Of a stretch of 64,000 nucleotides of DNA, positions 18,729-28,452 are shown in pieces. The first letter of the stretch is position 1. The number at the start of each line of letters is the position of its first letter. The stretch comes from an uncultured Alphaproteobacteria bacterium (GTDB taxonomy: Bacteria > Pseudomonadota > Alphaproteobacteria > Rhizobiales > Beijerinckiaceae). The position numbers and the translations under genes were made by a program. The stretch is from contig CAWJIB010000014.1 of the NCBI GenBank assembly GCA_963842835.1, forward strand, positions 22,665-86,664, in the 5' to 3' direction. Under the pieces are notes generated by a model. The model did no database searches and had not been told where the DNA came from. It was given only the letters and a program-made list of their open reading frames with translations.

Positions 18729-20243
18729 TTACTGCACGACTTCGCCGTGCAGCGCGAGGTCGAGGCCGTCGCGCTCGATGTCGTCGCTGACGCGCAGGCC
18801 GATCGCCACGTCGATGACCTTGAGGATGATCAGCGAGACGATCCCGTCGTAGACGATGACGGTGCCGATGCCGATCAGCTGATTGATCACCTGGCCCGGA
18901 TTGCCCTCGATGAGGCCGGAGTGGCCGCTGTACTGGTTGATCGCGAAGACGCCGGTCAGGATCGCGCCGATGATGCCGCCGATGCCGTGGACGCCGAAGC
19001 AATCGAGCGCGTCGTCATAGCCGAAGGCGTGCTTCAGGCTGGTGGCGCCGAGGTAGCAGCCGACGCCGCAGGCGACGCCGATCACCATCGATCCGATCGG
19101 GCCGACATAACCCGAAGCCGGGGTAATGGCGACGAGGCCGGCGACGGCGCCCGAGCAGATGCCGATGACGGTCGGCTTGCCGCGATGCGCCCATTCCACG
19201 AACATCCAGGTCAGCGCCGCGACAGCGGTGGCGATCTGCGTGACGGTCATCGCCATGCCCGCCTGCACGCCCGCGCTCACCGCCGAACCCGCGTTGAAGC
19301 CGAACCAGCCGACCCACAGGAGCCCAGCGCCGATGAAGGTGTAGACCATGTTGTGGCCGGGGCCGGAGTCGCGGCGCTTGCCGAGCATCAAGGCGCACAT
19401 CAGGCCGGCGACGCCCGCGTTGATGTGCACGACGGTGCCGCCGGCGAAGTCGAGCACAACCTTCCAACCCGTGAAGTTGCCCTTGTCGTCGACATTGGCG
19501 GTGGAGAACATGCCATCCGGGCCCCAGACCCAATGCGCGATCGGCGCGTAAACGAGGATCGCCCACAGGCCGATGAACCACAGCATTGCCGAGAACTTCA
19601 TGCGCTCCGCGAAGGCGCCGGCGATGAGGGCGGGCGTGATGATCGCGAAGGTCATCTGGAAGCACATATAGACGGTCTCGGGGATCGTCGGCGCGAGGCT
19701 ATTGGGATTGCCGATGCCGCCGTTGTTCACGTCGCTCAGGATGTTCTGCAGGAACGCCCGGCTGAACCCGCCGATGAACGCTCCGCCGGAGGTGAACGAC
19801 AGGCTGTAGGTGACCACCGCGTAGAGGACGGTAACCAGCGCCGTGATCGCGAAGCTGGTCATGACGGTGTCGCCGACGTTCTTCTTGCGCACCATGCCGC
19901 CATAGAACAGGCCGAGGCCGGGGATGGTCATCATCAGAACGAGCGCGACGGAGGTCAGCATCCACGCCGTGTCGCCGCCCGAGGGCGTGCAGTTCGTCAT
20001 GACCGCGGGGACGGCCGGGACGGCCGCATATTTGTCGGTGGCGTCGATAGCCGCGACGGCGGCGGCGCAAGCGGGCGTTGGCGGCGGAGCCGGCTTGGCG
20101 GCGGGGGCGGGAGCGGGCGCCGTGGCTGCGGGCGCTGCAGCGGGCGCGTCGTCCGCCCGCGACGGGGCGGGAGCGGCGAAGCCGATCAACGCGGCGATCG
20201 CCAGCGCCGGCGCCAGGCCAGTGAAAAACCGAGACAGTTTCAT
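18729..20243 (-). CDS. amtB: Ammonium transporter AmtB with signal peptide and Ala/Pro-rich N-terminal linker
   Basis: 504 aa from MKLSRFFTGLAPALAIAAL. Amt family motifs (DFAGGTVVH, GFNAGSA). Located immediately downstream of glnK. Confidence 0.93.
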   Translation of the reverse strand: MKLSRFFTGLAPALAIAALIGFAAPAPSRADDAPAAAPAATAPAPAPAAKPAPPPTPACAAAVAAIDATDKYAAVPAVPAVMTNCTPSGGDTAWMLTSVALVLMMTIPGLGLFYGGMVRKKNVGDTVMTSFAITALVTVLYAVVTYSLSFTSGGAFIGGFSRAFLQNILSDVNNGGIGNPNSLAPTIPETVYMCFQMTFAIITPALIAGAFAERMKFSAMLWFIGLWAILVYAPIAHWVWGPDGMFSTANVDDKGNFTGWKVVLDFAGGTVVHINAGVAGLMCALMLGKRRDSGPGHNMVYTFIGAGLLWVGWFGFNAGSAVSAGVQAGMAMTVTQIATAVAALTWMFVEWAHRGKPTVIGICSGAVAGLVAITPASGYVGPIGSMVIGVACGVGCYLGATSLKHAFGYDDALDCFGVHGIGGIIGAILTGVFAINQYSGHSGLIEGNPGQVINQLIGIGTVIVYDGIVSLIILKVIDVAIGLRVSDDIERDGLDLALHGEVVQ

Positions 20244-20280
20244 TGTTTGAGACTCCGATTGAAATGGGATGGGGCCGCGC

Positions 20281-20841
<561 letters not shown>

Positions 20842-20845
20842 TTAA

Positions 20846-20859
20846 TTTAGGCGCCTAAA
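20846..20859 (-). terminator. AT-rich perfect palindrome just after the tesB stop (possible terminator)
   Basis: TTTAGGCGCCTAAA, flanked by A/T runs, 7 nt downstream of the tesB stop codon. Confidence 0.4.
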
Positions 20860-20865
20860 AATTAA

Positions 20866-21747
20866 TCAGGGCTGCCACTCGCGCTGCAGCGGGCGCATCA
20901 AGCCTTCTTGTGCGACGCTCGCCGCAAGGACGCCGGCGCGGGTATAAAGCAGGCCCCGCGTCAGGCCACGCGCTCCGTGCGCATTCGGACTGTCCTGGAC
21001 ATAGAGAAGCCAATCGTCGGCGCGGAACGGCCTATGCAGCCACAAGGCATGGTCCAGGCTGGCCATTTGTATGCGGCCGTCCGACACCGTGTGGCCGTGC
21101 GCGACCAGCGCCGTGTCGAGCAACGTCATGTCCGAGAGATAGGCGAGCGCGGCCCGGTGAATGGCGGGATCGTCGGGAAGCGCGCCGCCGATGCGGATCC
21201 ACAGCGATTGCTTGGGCTCGCGAACGACTCCGGGAGCGGGCGGAGCGTATCGCGTGAGATCGAGCGGGAGAAATTCGATCGGCTGGATTCGCTCGAGCAG
21301 GCCCTGCAGCCGCTTTTGCGCCTTTTCGCCGAGCAGCGCGGCCGCCGCTACGGGCGCGACGAGGCGATCGGGTTCGGGCGCGGGCGGCATCGGCAATTGG
21401 TGGTCGAACCCCTCCTCCTCGACGTGGAACGAGGCGGACAGCACAAAAATCGCCTCGCCGCGTTGCCGGGCGACGACGCGTCGCGTCGTAAAGCTCCGGC
21501 CGTCGCGAATGCGATCCACTTCGAACAGGATCGGTTCGAGCGGATCGCCGGCAAGAATGAAATAGGCGTGCAGAGAATGCGGCGCGCGCTCCTCGACTGT
21601 GCGCGAGGCGGCGACGAGCGCCTGGGCGATCACCTGACCGCCGAACACCCGTTGCCACCCGTTTGGCGGGGAGCGGCCGACAAACCGGTCCGGGCCGGTC
21701 GGTTCGATGTCGAAGAGGGCGACGAGGTCGGCGGCGGTGACGGGCAT
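20866..21747 (-). CDS. tesB: Acyl-CoA thioesterase II
   Basis: 293 aa from MPVTAADLVALFDIEP. RVFGGQVIAQAL and the double hot-dog TesB pattern. tesB next to glnK-amtB matches the arrangement in E. coli. Confidence 0.88.
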   Translation of the reverse strand: MPVTAADLVALFDIEPTGPDRFVGRSPPNGWQRVFGGQVIAQALVAASRTVEERAPHSLHAYFILAGDPLEPILFEVDRIRDGRSFTTRRVVARQRGEAIFVLSASFHVEEEGFDHQLPMPPAPEPDRLVAPVAAAALLGEKAQKRLQGLLERIQPIEFLPLDLTRYAPPAPGVVREPKQSLWIRIGGALPDDPAIHRAALAYLSDMTLLDTALVAHGHTVSDGRIQMASLDHALWLHRPFRADDWLLYVQDSPNAHGARGLTRGLLYTRAGVLAASVAQEGLMRPLQREWQP

Positions 21748-22163
21748 GAGGGTCTCGATCGGAGCGGCCGTTGTGCGGCGCGGCGCCCGCCTCGTCAACC
21801 CCCGAGACGCCGGCCCGACGCCCATCGACAAGGCGCGTTGGCGCTTCAGGATTGCCCGACAGGCCAAAACAGCGCGGTCTGGCCCCGAAGTCGGCGGCCT
21901 TTGCGGGATGTCGGGTGAATCCGGCCGACAGTTCTCCTTAGGGCTCTTTGATAGAGCAGGATTCTTATCGGAAGACCAGATTCCGCTTTTGAGGACTCTC
22001 GCTAAACGACGTTGACCGCGCCTTAACCATTCGCCGCGCCAATGCGAATGCCGGCGGATTTCCGCGTTTGGTTTAACCTCGTGGAAGCTGCGCGCCCTTT
22101 AGGTTGGCGCTACTCCGTGCGTCATCGCGAACGTAGCGGAAATTCAACGGTCGGGAGAAAGTC

Positions 22164-22328
22164 ATGATCGGGACGCTCAAAACATTCGTCGCCGACGAAT
22201 CCGGCGCCACCGCGATCGAATACGCGTTGATCGCCGCGTTGATCGCCGTCTTTATCATTGGTTCCTTGTCGGTTCTCGGCACCAGCATCAGCAGCGAGTT
22301 CACCGAAGTCTCCAGCGCCCTTAAGTAA
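22164..22328 (+). CDS. flp: Flp family type IVb pilin
   Basis: 54-aa ORF, below the track length cutoff: MIGTLKTFVADESGATAIEYALIAALIAVFIIGSLSVLGTSISSEFTEVSSALK. Flp prepilin motif G/ATAIEY. RBS GGGAGA lies 6 nt upstream. Confidence 0.85.
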   Translation: MIGTLKTFVADESGATAIEYALIAALIAVFIIGSLSVLGTSISSEFTEVSSALK

Positions 22329-22364
22329 GCGCAAAAAGGCTCAAAGGGCCCTTCGAAACCTCCG

Positions 22365-22393
22365 GCGCCGCCCCCTCTTCGTCGGCGCTTTTT
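22365..22393 (+). terminator. Possible terminator after flp
   Basis: GCGCCG (22365-22370) / CGGCGC (22383-22388) with a 12-nt loop, followed by TTTTT. Confidence 0.4.
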
Positions 22394-22807
22394 CTTCTTT
22401 TCGCGCCGGCGCCGCGCGGCGGACGTAACCGCGGCTGGACCACGACGCAATCATGAAGGATCGCGTATCCCGCCGCGCGATCCGTGTGATATTTCACCGA
22501 TAAGCGATTGGCGGGACTTACGCTATTTTCTCGCGCTCGCGCGCCGGCGCGCTGTCGACGGCGGGTCAATTGCGCGTCGATCACGCCATCGTCGGCCGGC
22601 GCGGCGCCGGCGGCGTCAACCCCCGATGCGCGGCCTTGAGGCCGGCGCAGACGCCCGGCGGGGAAAGGCGACCGATCGCGCCGAAGGGCGCGCCCCGATG
22701 GGAATTTTCGCTCAAAAGCGGAAGACTTTAGATGCTCGCCGTAACCCTCCCGTAATCCCTGCCTGTCACAATCGGCTCTTCAGGAACGGTTTTCGCTCGC
22801 GGATCGC

Positions 22808-23347
22808 ATGAGCTCTTTACGCAAGATCATCGACGCCGGGCTTCGCGCCGCCAGAGCGTTCGCGCGTCGGCAGGACGGCGGCCCGGCCTCCGAATTCGCC
22901 CTCGTCGCGCCGTTCTTCATCGTGATGATGTTGGCGACGCTGCAGGTGGCGGTCATCTATCTCGCCAACGCCTTTCTCGAGACCGCGGCGGAAGACGCCG
23001 CCCGTCTGGTGCTGACTAATCAGACGGGGTCGATGACCGCGGCGCAGTTCCGGACGGCGCTGTGCAACAACGTCACCGCGCTGTTCAATTGCAGCAACAT
23101 CATGATCGGTCTGGCGCCGGCGACGTCGACCACTTCGATCAGCACTGCGGCTCCTACGTTCACGACGAGCGGAACCTTGTCCGCCACCCTCCCCTACACG
23201 CAACCGACGCCCGGGCAGATCGCGGTGCTCCAGGTTCTTTATCAATGGCCGGTCATCGGCCTGCCGCTCGGGTTCAATTTCGCCAACCTCGGCAACGGCA
23301 CCTATCTCATGATGTCCACCCAGGTCTTCATCGTCGAGGCGAATTGA
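22808..23347 (+). CDS. TadE/TadF-like pseudopilin protein
   Basis: 179 aa. N-terminal TadE motif GGPASEFALVAPFFIVMMLATLQ. Confidence 0.75.
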   Translation: MSSLRKIIDAGLRAARAFARRQDGGPASEFALVAPFFIVMMLATLQVAVIYLANAFLETAAEDAARLVLTNQTGSMTAAQFRTALCNNVTALFNCSNIMIGLAPATSTTSISTAAPTFTTSGTLSATLPYTQPTPGQIAVLQVLYQWPVIGLPLGFNFANLGNGTYLMMSTQVFIVEAN

Positions 23348-23985
23348 TGGACAACGCGCGTAGGACTTCTCCATGGCGCCGGCAGGCGATCTGGTTGGCG
23401 CGCGCGCTCCGCCACGACGCGCGCGCCATGGCGGCCGTCGAGGGCGCCCTGCTCGCGCCGGTGGCGCTGCTGATATTCGCCCTGCTCATCTACGCAGCGG
23501 AAGGCTTCGCGATCGACCGCAAGGTCTCCATGACCGCCCGCACGGTCACCGACCTCATCACGCAGGCTACGCCGACGCAGTACAGCAACGGATCCTCGGT
23601 GATGACCGAGGCGGCGGTCGACAATCTTCTCCAGGTCGCCTCCTCGGTCCTCACGCCCTACTCGGCCTCGAACATGACGATGGTGGTTTCCCAGGTGCTC
23701 GTCGGCTCCACGGGAACCACCGCCACGGTCACCTGGAGCGAGCCCTACAACGGCGGGACGGCGAGGCCCGCCGGGCAAGTTCTCACGCTGCCGGGCACGA
23801 TCGGAACCGGCCAGGCCGGCAATTACTTCATTTTCGGCGAGGTTCATTACAATTACACCCCGCTGAATTTCTACGAGTTGCTGAGCCCGATCACGCTGTA
23901 CGGCTCGATCTATCTGACCCCGCGTCAGTCGAGGAGCATCACCTGCTCGAATTGCGTGACGCCCTGGACCGCCCCCTCGAGCTGA
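23347..23985 (+). CDS. TadE/TadF-like pseudopilin protein (second copy)
   Basis: 212 aa from MDNARRTSPW. Its start overlaps the upstream stop (TGATG). TadE-like segment AMAAVEGALLAPVALLIFALLIY. Confidence 0.7.
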   Translation: MDNARRTSPWRRQAIWLARALRHDARAMAAVEGALLAPVALLIFALLIYAAEGFAIDRKVSMTARTVTDLITQATPTQYSNGSSVMTEAAVDNLLQVASSVLTPYSASNMTMVVSQVLVGSTGTTATVTWSEPYNGGTARPAGQVLTLPGTIGTGQAGNYFIFGEVHYNYTPLNFYELLSPITLYGSIYLTPRQSRSITCSNCVTPWTAPSS

Positions 23986-24210
23986 AGGGCCGGGAAACGA
24001 ACCGGCGCCTTCCGTCCGTCTCATTGCGCGCTATGCGCGACGATGCCGACGTGGGGCTTCTGACGACGGCTCCTCGATGCGTCGAATTTTCGACGAGCTC
24101 CGACACGACTGGGCGAGTGGCTCCGCCGCCGTTGGCGACCCGTCCGTGGCGGGCTCCGGCAATCACGCAATCGTTCTCCTATTGTTGAGATCGGACAGAT
24201 ACGCCTCGTT

Positions 24211-24657
24211 AAGGCGCGCCCCTTCCCCCCTTGCCTATCGGATTCACACATCGAAATTCGATATCTTCTGGGTCCGCGCTGCCTGATCCGTGCTCGGCGT
24301 CAATGTCGCGCCCGCTGCGCGGGTTGCTCCCCCCGGATAAAGTCCGGGGGTCGCAAACATTGACCCCTCCGCGCGGCTCAGGCTCTTGGTTTCCATGAAC
24401 TTTGCTGCGAGAAGTCGGCCCTGCGGGCCGGCTTCGCTCAGCAAAGATCATGGAAGCAAAACGCCGCATCGGAGCGGCGCAGCCACCCCAAGGCGAATGC
24501 GAAGCATTCGTCCGGGCGAAGCGAAGCGTCGCAGCCGCGCGGCGGCGGACGAATGCTTTGCATTCGCCTGGACTTGACGGCGACGGGCCGATGTGGCCGC
24601 CGGCCATCCCGAGATGTGTGAACGCCGTAGCCCCCTTGCGGGGAAGGGGCGCGCCTT
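24211..24657. repeat. 447-bp element bounded by perfect 18-bp terminal inverted repeats and packed with internal long hairpins
   Basis: AAGGCGCGCCCCTTCCCC (24211-24228) versus GGGGAAGGGGCGCGCCTT (24640-24657). Internal stems are 24391-24407/24439-24455 (17 bp, 1 mismatch) and 24492-24513/24547-24568 (22 bp, 1 mismatch). No credible ORF. Confidence 0.8.
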
Positions 24658-24719
24658 GGAGACGTGACCATATCGTAGCGCGAGGGCGAAGGAGGTCGCC
24701 CTCCGGCCTGCCGTTCGCC

Positions 24720-26192
24720 TCACTGCGTCAAGTGCGCGGTTTGCACGACCGTGTTGAAGAGCGCCTGCAGCGCTCCGCCGAGGTTCGAGCTGTCGAGCCC
24801 TGCGTCGTAGAACAGGCCGGGCGAGGCGCACGCCTGAAGTTGCGGGCCGATCTGCGATTGGAACGGCTCGATCCAATCGACGTACCAGGTGTTCGCGGTC
24901 ACCTGATAATAGTCGGTATAGAGTATCGCGATGCGGATGCCGCGGTTCTTGATCGCCGTGCACAGAGCCGGGTTGATCGGCGCCTGGCAACGACCGCTGG
25001 TCTCCGGCTGGCTGCACGAAGACGTGGATTCGTCCTCGACGCCGTCGGTGACGAAGAACAGCACTTCCTGCGGCGTGTCGCCCGCCACGTTGGTGCCTAG
25101 GCCGGGATTCGGCATGATCGTGTTCATCGCGCCCAGGGCGTTGTCGAAGTTCGTCGCGTAGTCGCCGCCGCCGCCGTTGCTGGTGCACGCGGCGTTGCCG
25201 CATTCCTCGTTGTTGGCGTAATATTCCATGAGGCCGAAATTCGGCGCGGCGGTCGACCAGCCGGAGACGTAATTGGTCGTCATAGGCATCAGATCATTGT
25301 AATTGTTGGAGCTCGACATGCCGATCTGCCAGGACGAATCCATCGTATAGGCGGCGAACTGGTACACCGGAGGAATCGAGGCCGCGTTCTGCTGGGTGGT
25401 GTAGGCGTCCGCCATCAAATTGCTGACCCCCGTGCTGAGGGCGTCGAGGCGCAACTGGATTCCGTTTTTGCGCGCGAGCGCGAAGTCGTCGATTTGCGTT
25501 CCTTGCGTCGAAGAGCAGTACGTATTGCCGCCGCTTTTCATGCTGCTGGTGAGCGTCGGGGTCGAGTAGGTGGCGCCCTTCAAGCACGGATTTCCCGCCG
25601 AATCGCCGTTGTTGGTGCTTCCCTGATGGCAGGCGAACGCGCAATTGCCCTGCTGCGGCGTGAGGTTCTGCATCTGGGTGATGCCGGCCTGGGTCGCCGG
25701 CAAGGCCATCGACGGGGAATTGTCGAGCAGCAGATAGAAATTGATGTTGGCCGCCATCGACGCGCTCGCCGTCGACGAGCCGGCGAGCGCAAGAGTGGGA
25801 ACGCCGAGGATGCTCGCGAAAATGTTCTCGTTCTGCGCGGTGTAGGCGACCGTGACATTACGGACGAGGGGGTTGTTGTTCGGATTGGTGATGGTGATGG
25901 TGACGGTCGTGTCTCCGGGCGCCAGCGAAGTGATGGTGGCGATCTGACCGTTGAACATGTTTTGCGCGGCGGTCTGCGCCGTCGCGTTGGGTTGCTGCAT
26001 CATGCTCGGCGTCAGGGCGGCCAGCACCGCGGCGTCCGCGGCCGCATTGAGCTCCGTGCGCACTTGCGCGGCGTGAGTGAAATCGACCGCCACGCCGACG
26101 CCGAACATCAACACCGGCATGGCCAGGGCATACATCATCGCGACGTTGCCGCGGCGGTCGCCAAGGAATTTGCGCGGAACAGGAAAAGGCAT
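24720..26192 (-). CDS. TadG-like Flp pilus assembly protein with vWA-like C-terminal domain
   Basis: 490 aa from MPFPVPRKFLGDRRGNVAMMYALAMPVLMFGVGVAVDF (TadG N-terminal motif). C-terminal VLFFVTDGVEDE is vWA/MIDAS-like. The track ORF extends to 26399. Confidence 0.7.
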   Translation of the reverse strand: MPFPVPRKFLGDRRGNVAMMYALAMPVLMFGVGVAVDFTHAAQVRTELNAAADAAVLAALTPSMMQQPNATAQTAAQNMFNGQIATITSLAPGDTTVTITITNPNNNPLVRNVTVAYTAQNENIFASILGVPTLALAGSSTASASMAANINFYLLLDNSPSMALPATQAGITQMQNLTPQQGNCAFACHQGSTNNGDSAGNPCLKGATYSTPTLTSSMKSGGNTYCSSTQGTQIDDFALARKNGIQLRLDALSTGVSNLMADAYTTQQNAASIPPVYQFAAYTMDSSWQIGMSSSNNYNDLMPMTTNYVSGWSTAAPNFGLMEYYANNEECGNAACTSNGGGGDYATNFDNALGAMNTIMPNPGLGTNVAGDTPQEVLFFVTDGVEDESTSSCSQPETSGRCQAPINPALCTAIKNRGIRIAILYTDYYQVTANTWYVDWIEPFQSQIGPQLQACASPGLFYDAGLDSSNLGGALQALFNTVVQTAHLTQ

Positions 26193-26698
26193 GACCAAAC
26201 TCACGATGTTGTGGCGCCAGCGCGCCGCCGCGCCATCCAGGCCTCGATCGCGCGCCTTCGCGATAGGTGAGGCCTGAGCCTCCGATCTCAGTCTGAACTC
26301 GGCGGATCGTCGGAACGCGCCAAGTCCGGCTCGCTGCGATGACGTCGCCTCGAATTCCGCGACGGGTCGAGCGAATAATTTGTATCGATATGCGCGCATT
26401 CGAACGAATTTTTGTAAAACGGAACCGTTAAAATTCTCTCGATCGGTCGCCGGACCCGAAGATTCCGCCGAGAAGGTTACGAAAGGGTAGGCGCAATCAG
26501 CAAATCACGGCCCGATCGCGCCGGCTCGGGCGCGATTGCGATCATGGCGTCGATATCGGCGTCGGGCCGGTCCCGGCCGCCACAAAATGGGCGCAAGGGG
26601 CTGGCACTGACCGCTTCGCCGCCGGCGCGAATTCGCCCATGATCGCCGCCGTCGCGGCGGCGATTCACGCCCTTCGAGCGGGCGAAAGCGGAGAGTTC

Positions 26699-27412
26699 AT
26701 GACGATCCTTCGGCCCTTCGCCGGGTCAGCCCTGGCGCTTCTCGCCTTCGCGCGGCTCGCCTGCGCCGGGGACGCGCCGATCAATCTCAACCCGCCGCCG
26801 ACGCCGCCCGTCAGGCCCGCCACGCTCGCCGCCCCGGCCAAGGACGCGCCCAAGCCGGAACTGACCGCCGCCGACGCCGTCGCCAAGGCCAACGCCTATC
26901 TCGACGGCGCGCGCGTCATGAGCGCGGATTTCGTGCAGATCGGGCCCGACGGGACACGTTCCGAAGGCCAGCTCTATGTCGCGCGCCCGGGCCGGATGCT
27001 GTTCCGCTTCGCCCCGCCCGCCCGGCTGGAAATCGTCGCCGACGGCCGCACGGTCGCGGTGCGCGACCAGAACCTCGACACCCAGGACCTTTATTTCATC
27101 GCCCAGACGCCGCTGAAATTCCTGCTCGCCGACCACATCGACATCGCCAAGGACACCACGGTCAAGCGGGTCGCGATCGACGAGAACGCCGCCACGATCG
27201 AGATCGAGGATAAGGCGACTTTCGGCGGCACGGCCGAAATCGCGCTGGTGTTCGATCCCGCGACCTTCGCGTTGAAGCAATGGACCGTCCTCGACGCGCA
27301 GGGCTTTCAGACCGTCGTCACCCTGTTCAACGTCGATCTGACGAGCAAGCCCGATCCCGATCTCTTCTACATCAACAACTCGCCGGCCTCGGATATGAAC
27401 AAGCGCAAATAG
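26699..27412 (+). CDS. lolA: LolA-family outer-membrane lipoprotein carrier protein
   Basis: 237 aa with signal peptide MTILRPFAGSALALLAFARLACA. LolA-like core (FVQIGPDGTRSEGQLYVARPGRMLFRF). Confidence 0.7.
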   Translation: MTILRPFAGSALALLAFARLACAGDAPINLNPPPTPPVRPATLAAPAKDAPKPELTAADAVAKANAYLDGARVMSADFVQIGPDGTRSEGQLYVARPGRMLFRFAPPARLEIVADGRTVAVRDQNLDTQDLYFIAQTPLKFLLADHIDIAKDTTVKRVAIDENAATIEIEDKATFGGTAEIALVFDPATFALKQWTVLDAQGFQTVVTLFNVDLTSKPDPDLFYINNSPASDMNKRK

Positions 27413-27528
27413 CGCGGCCGGCGCGCAGCCCCGGCGTCCCGCCTCGCCTGTGGGCAAGTCGGCGGCGTCTCTTGCGTCCGCGCCCGAAGCGCCCATGTTC
27501 GCCCGGCCCCTTTGGAAAAGGTTTCCCC

Positions 27529-28335
27529 GTGCGCTTTTCGATCTCGACCTGGAACATCAATTCCGTGCGCCTTCGCATCGGGCTCGTCGCGCGCTATCTC
27601 GAGGAACAGCGTCCGGACGTCCTGTGCCTGCAGGAGACCAAGTGCCCCGACGCGCAATTTCCGCACGCCGAGTTTCGTGAACTCGGCTACCAGCATATCG
27701 CGATCAACGGCCAGAAGGGCTATCACGGCGTCGCGATCGTCTCGAAGCTGCCGATCGTCGAGGCGACCCCGCGCGAGTTTTGCGCCAAGGGCAATTCGCG
27801 GCACCTGCAGGTGACGTTGGGGGGCAAGGCGGACGGTCTGGAAATCCATAATTTCTACGTGCCCGCGGGCGGGGACGAACCCGATCCCGCGATCAACGAC
27901 AAATTCGCGCACAAGCTCGCCTTCGTCGACGAAATGGCGGCCTGGTTCAGCGACGAAAAGAAGGCCGCCGGTCGCTCCATCCTCGTCGGCGACCTCAACA
28001 TCGCGCCGCTGGAGCACGACGTCTGGAGCCACAAGGCGCTCATCGACGTCGTCAGCCATACGCCGATCGAGGTGGAGAAGCTCGGCCGCGCGCAGGCCGC
28101 CGGTCCCTGGGTCGACGCCCTGCGCAAGTTCGTTCCCGACCACGAAAAGCTCTACACATGGTGGAGCTACCGCGCGCCCGACTGGTCGAAGGCCGACAAA
28201 GGGCGCCGCCTCGACCATGTCTGGGTCAGCCCCGCGCTCGCCGACGCCGTGAAATCGATGCACGTGCTGCGCGACGCGCGCGGCTGGGAGCGCCCTTCCG
28301 ACCACGCGCCGGTGAAGGTGGAGCTGACGCTTTAG
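27529..28335 (+). CDS. xthA: Exodeoxyribonuclease III
   Basis: 268 aa from a GTG start. VRFSISTWNINSVRLR...VLCLQETK and the C-terminal SDHAPV motif of the EEP nuclease family. Confidence 0.92.
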   Translation: MRFSISTWNINSVRLRIGLVARYLEEQRPDVLCLQETKCPDAQFPHAEFRELGYQHIAINGQKGYHGVAIVSKLPIVEATPREFCAKGNSRHLQVTLGGKADGLEIHNFYVPAGGDEPDPAINDKFAHKLAFVDEMAAWFSDEKKAAGRSILVGDLNIAPLEHDVWSHKALIDVVSHTPIEVEKLGRAQAAGPWVDALRKFVPDHEKLYTWWSYRAPDWSKADKGRRLDHVWVSPALADAVKSMHVLRDARGWERPSDHAPVKVELTL

Positions 28336-28452
28336 GCGAGCCGACCGCGGCGCTCCGTCGCAGCGGCGTCGCCTCGGCCGGCTAGGCATGGACAAGCCAA
28401 GGCAAACCGGCTTGACTTGCGCCGCCGCGGCGAGCGCCGAGGGGGAGCGTTC

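Noticed and set aside
24209-24671. ORFs inside the inverted-repeat element (24209..24607, 24244..24444, 24386..24577, 24402..25100, 24438..24671).
   Set aside because: They are mirror-image read-throughs of palindromic DNA on both strands, with no RBS or family resemblance. ORF 24402..25100 also runs antisense into the tadG-like gene.
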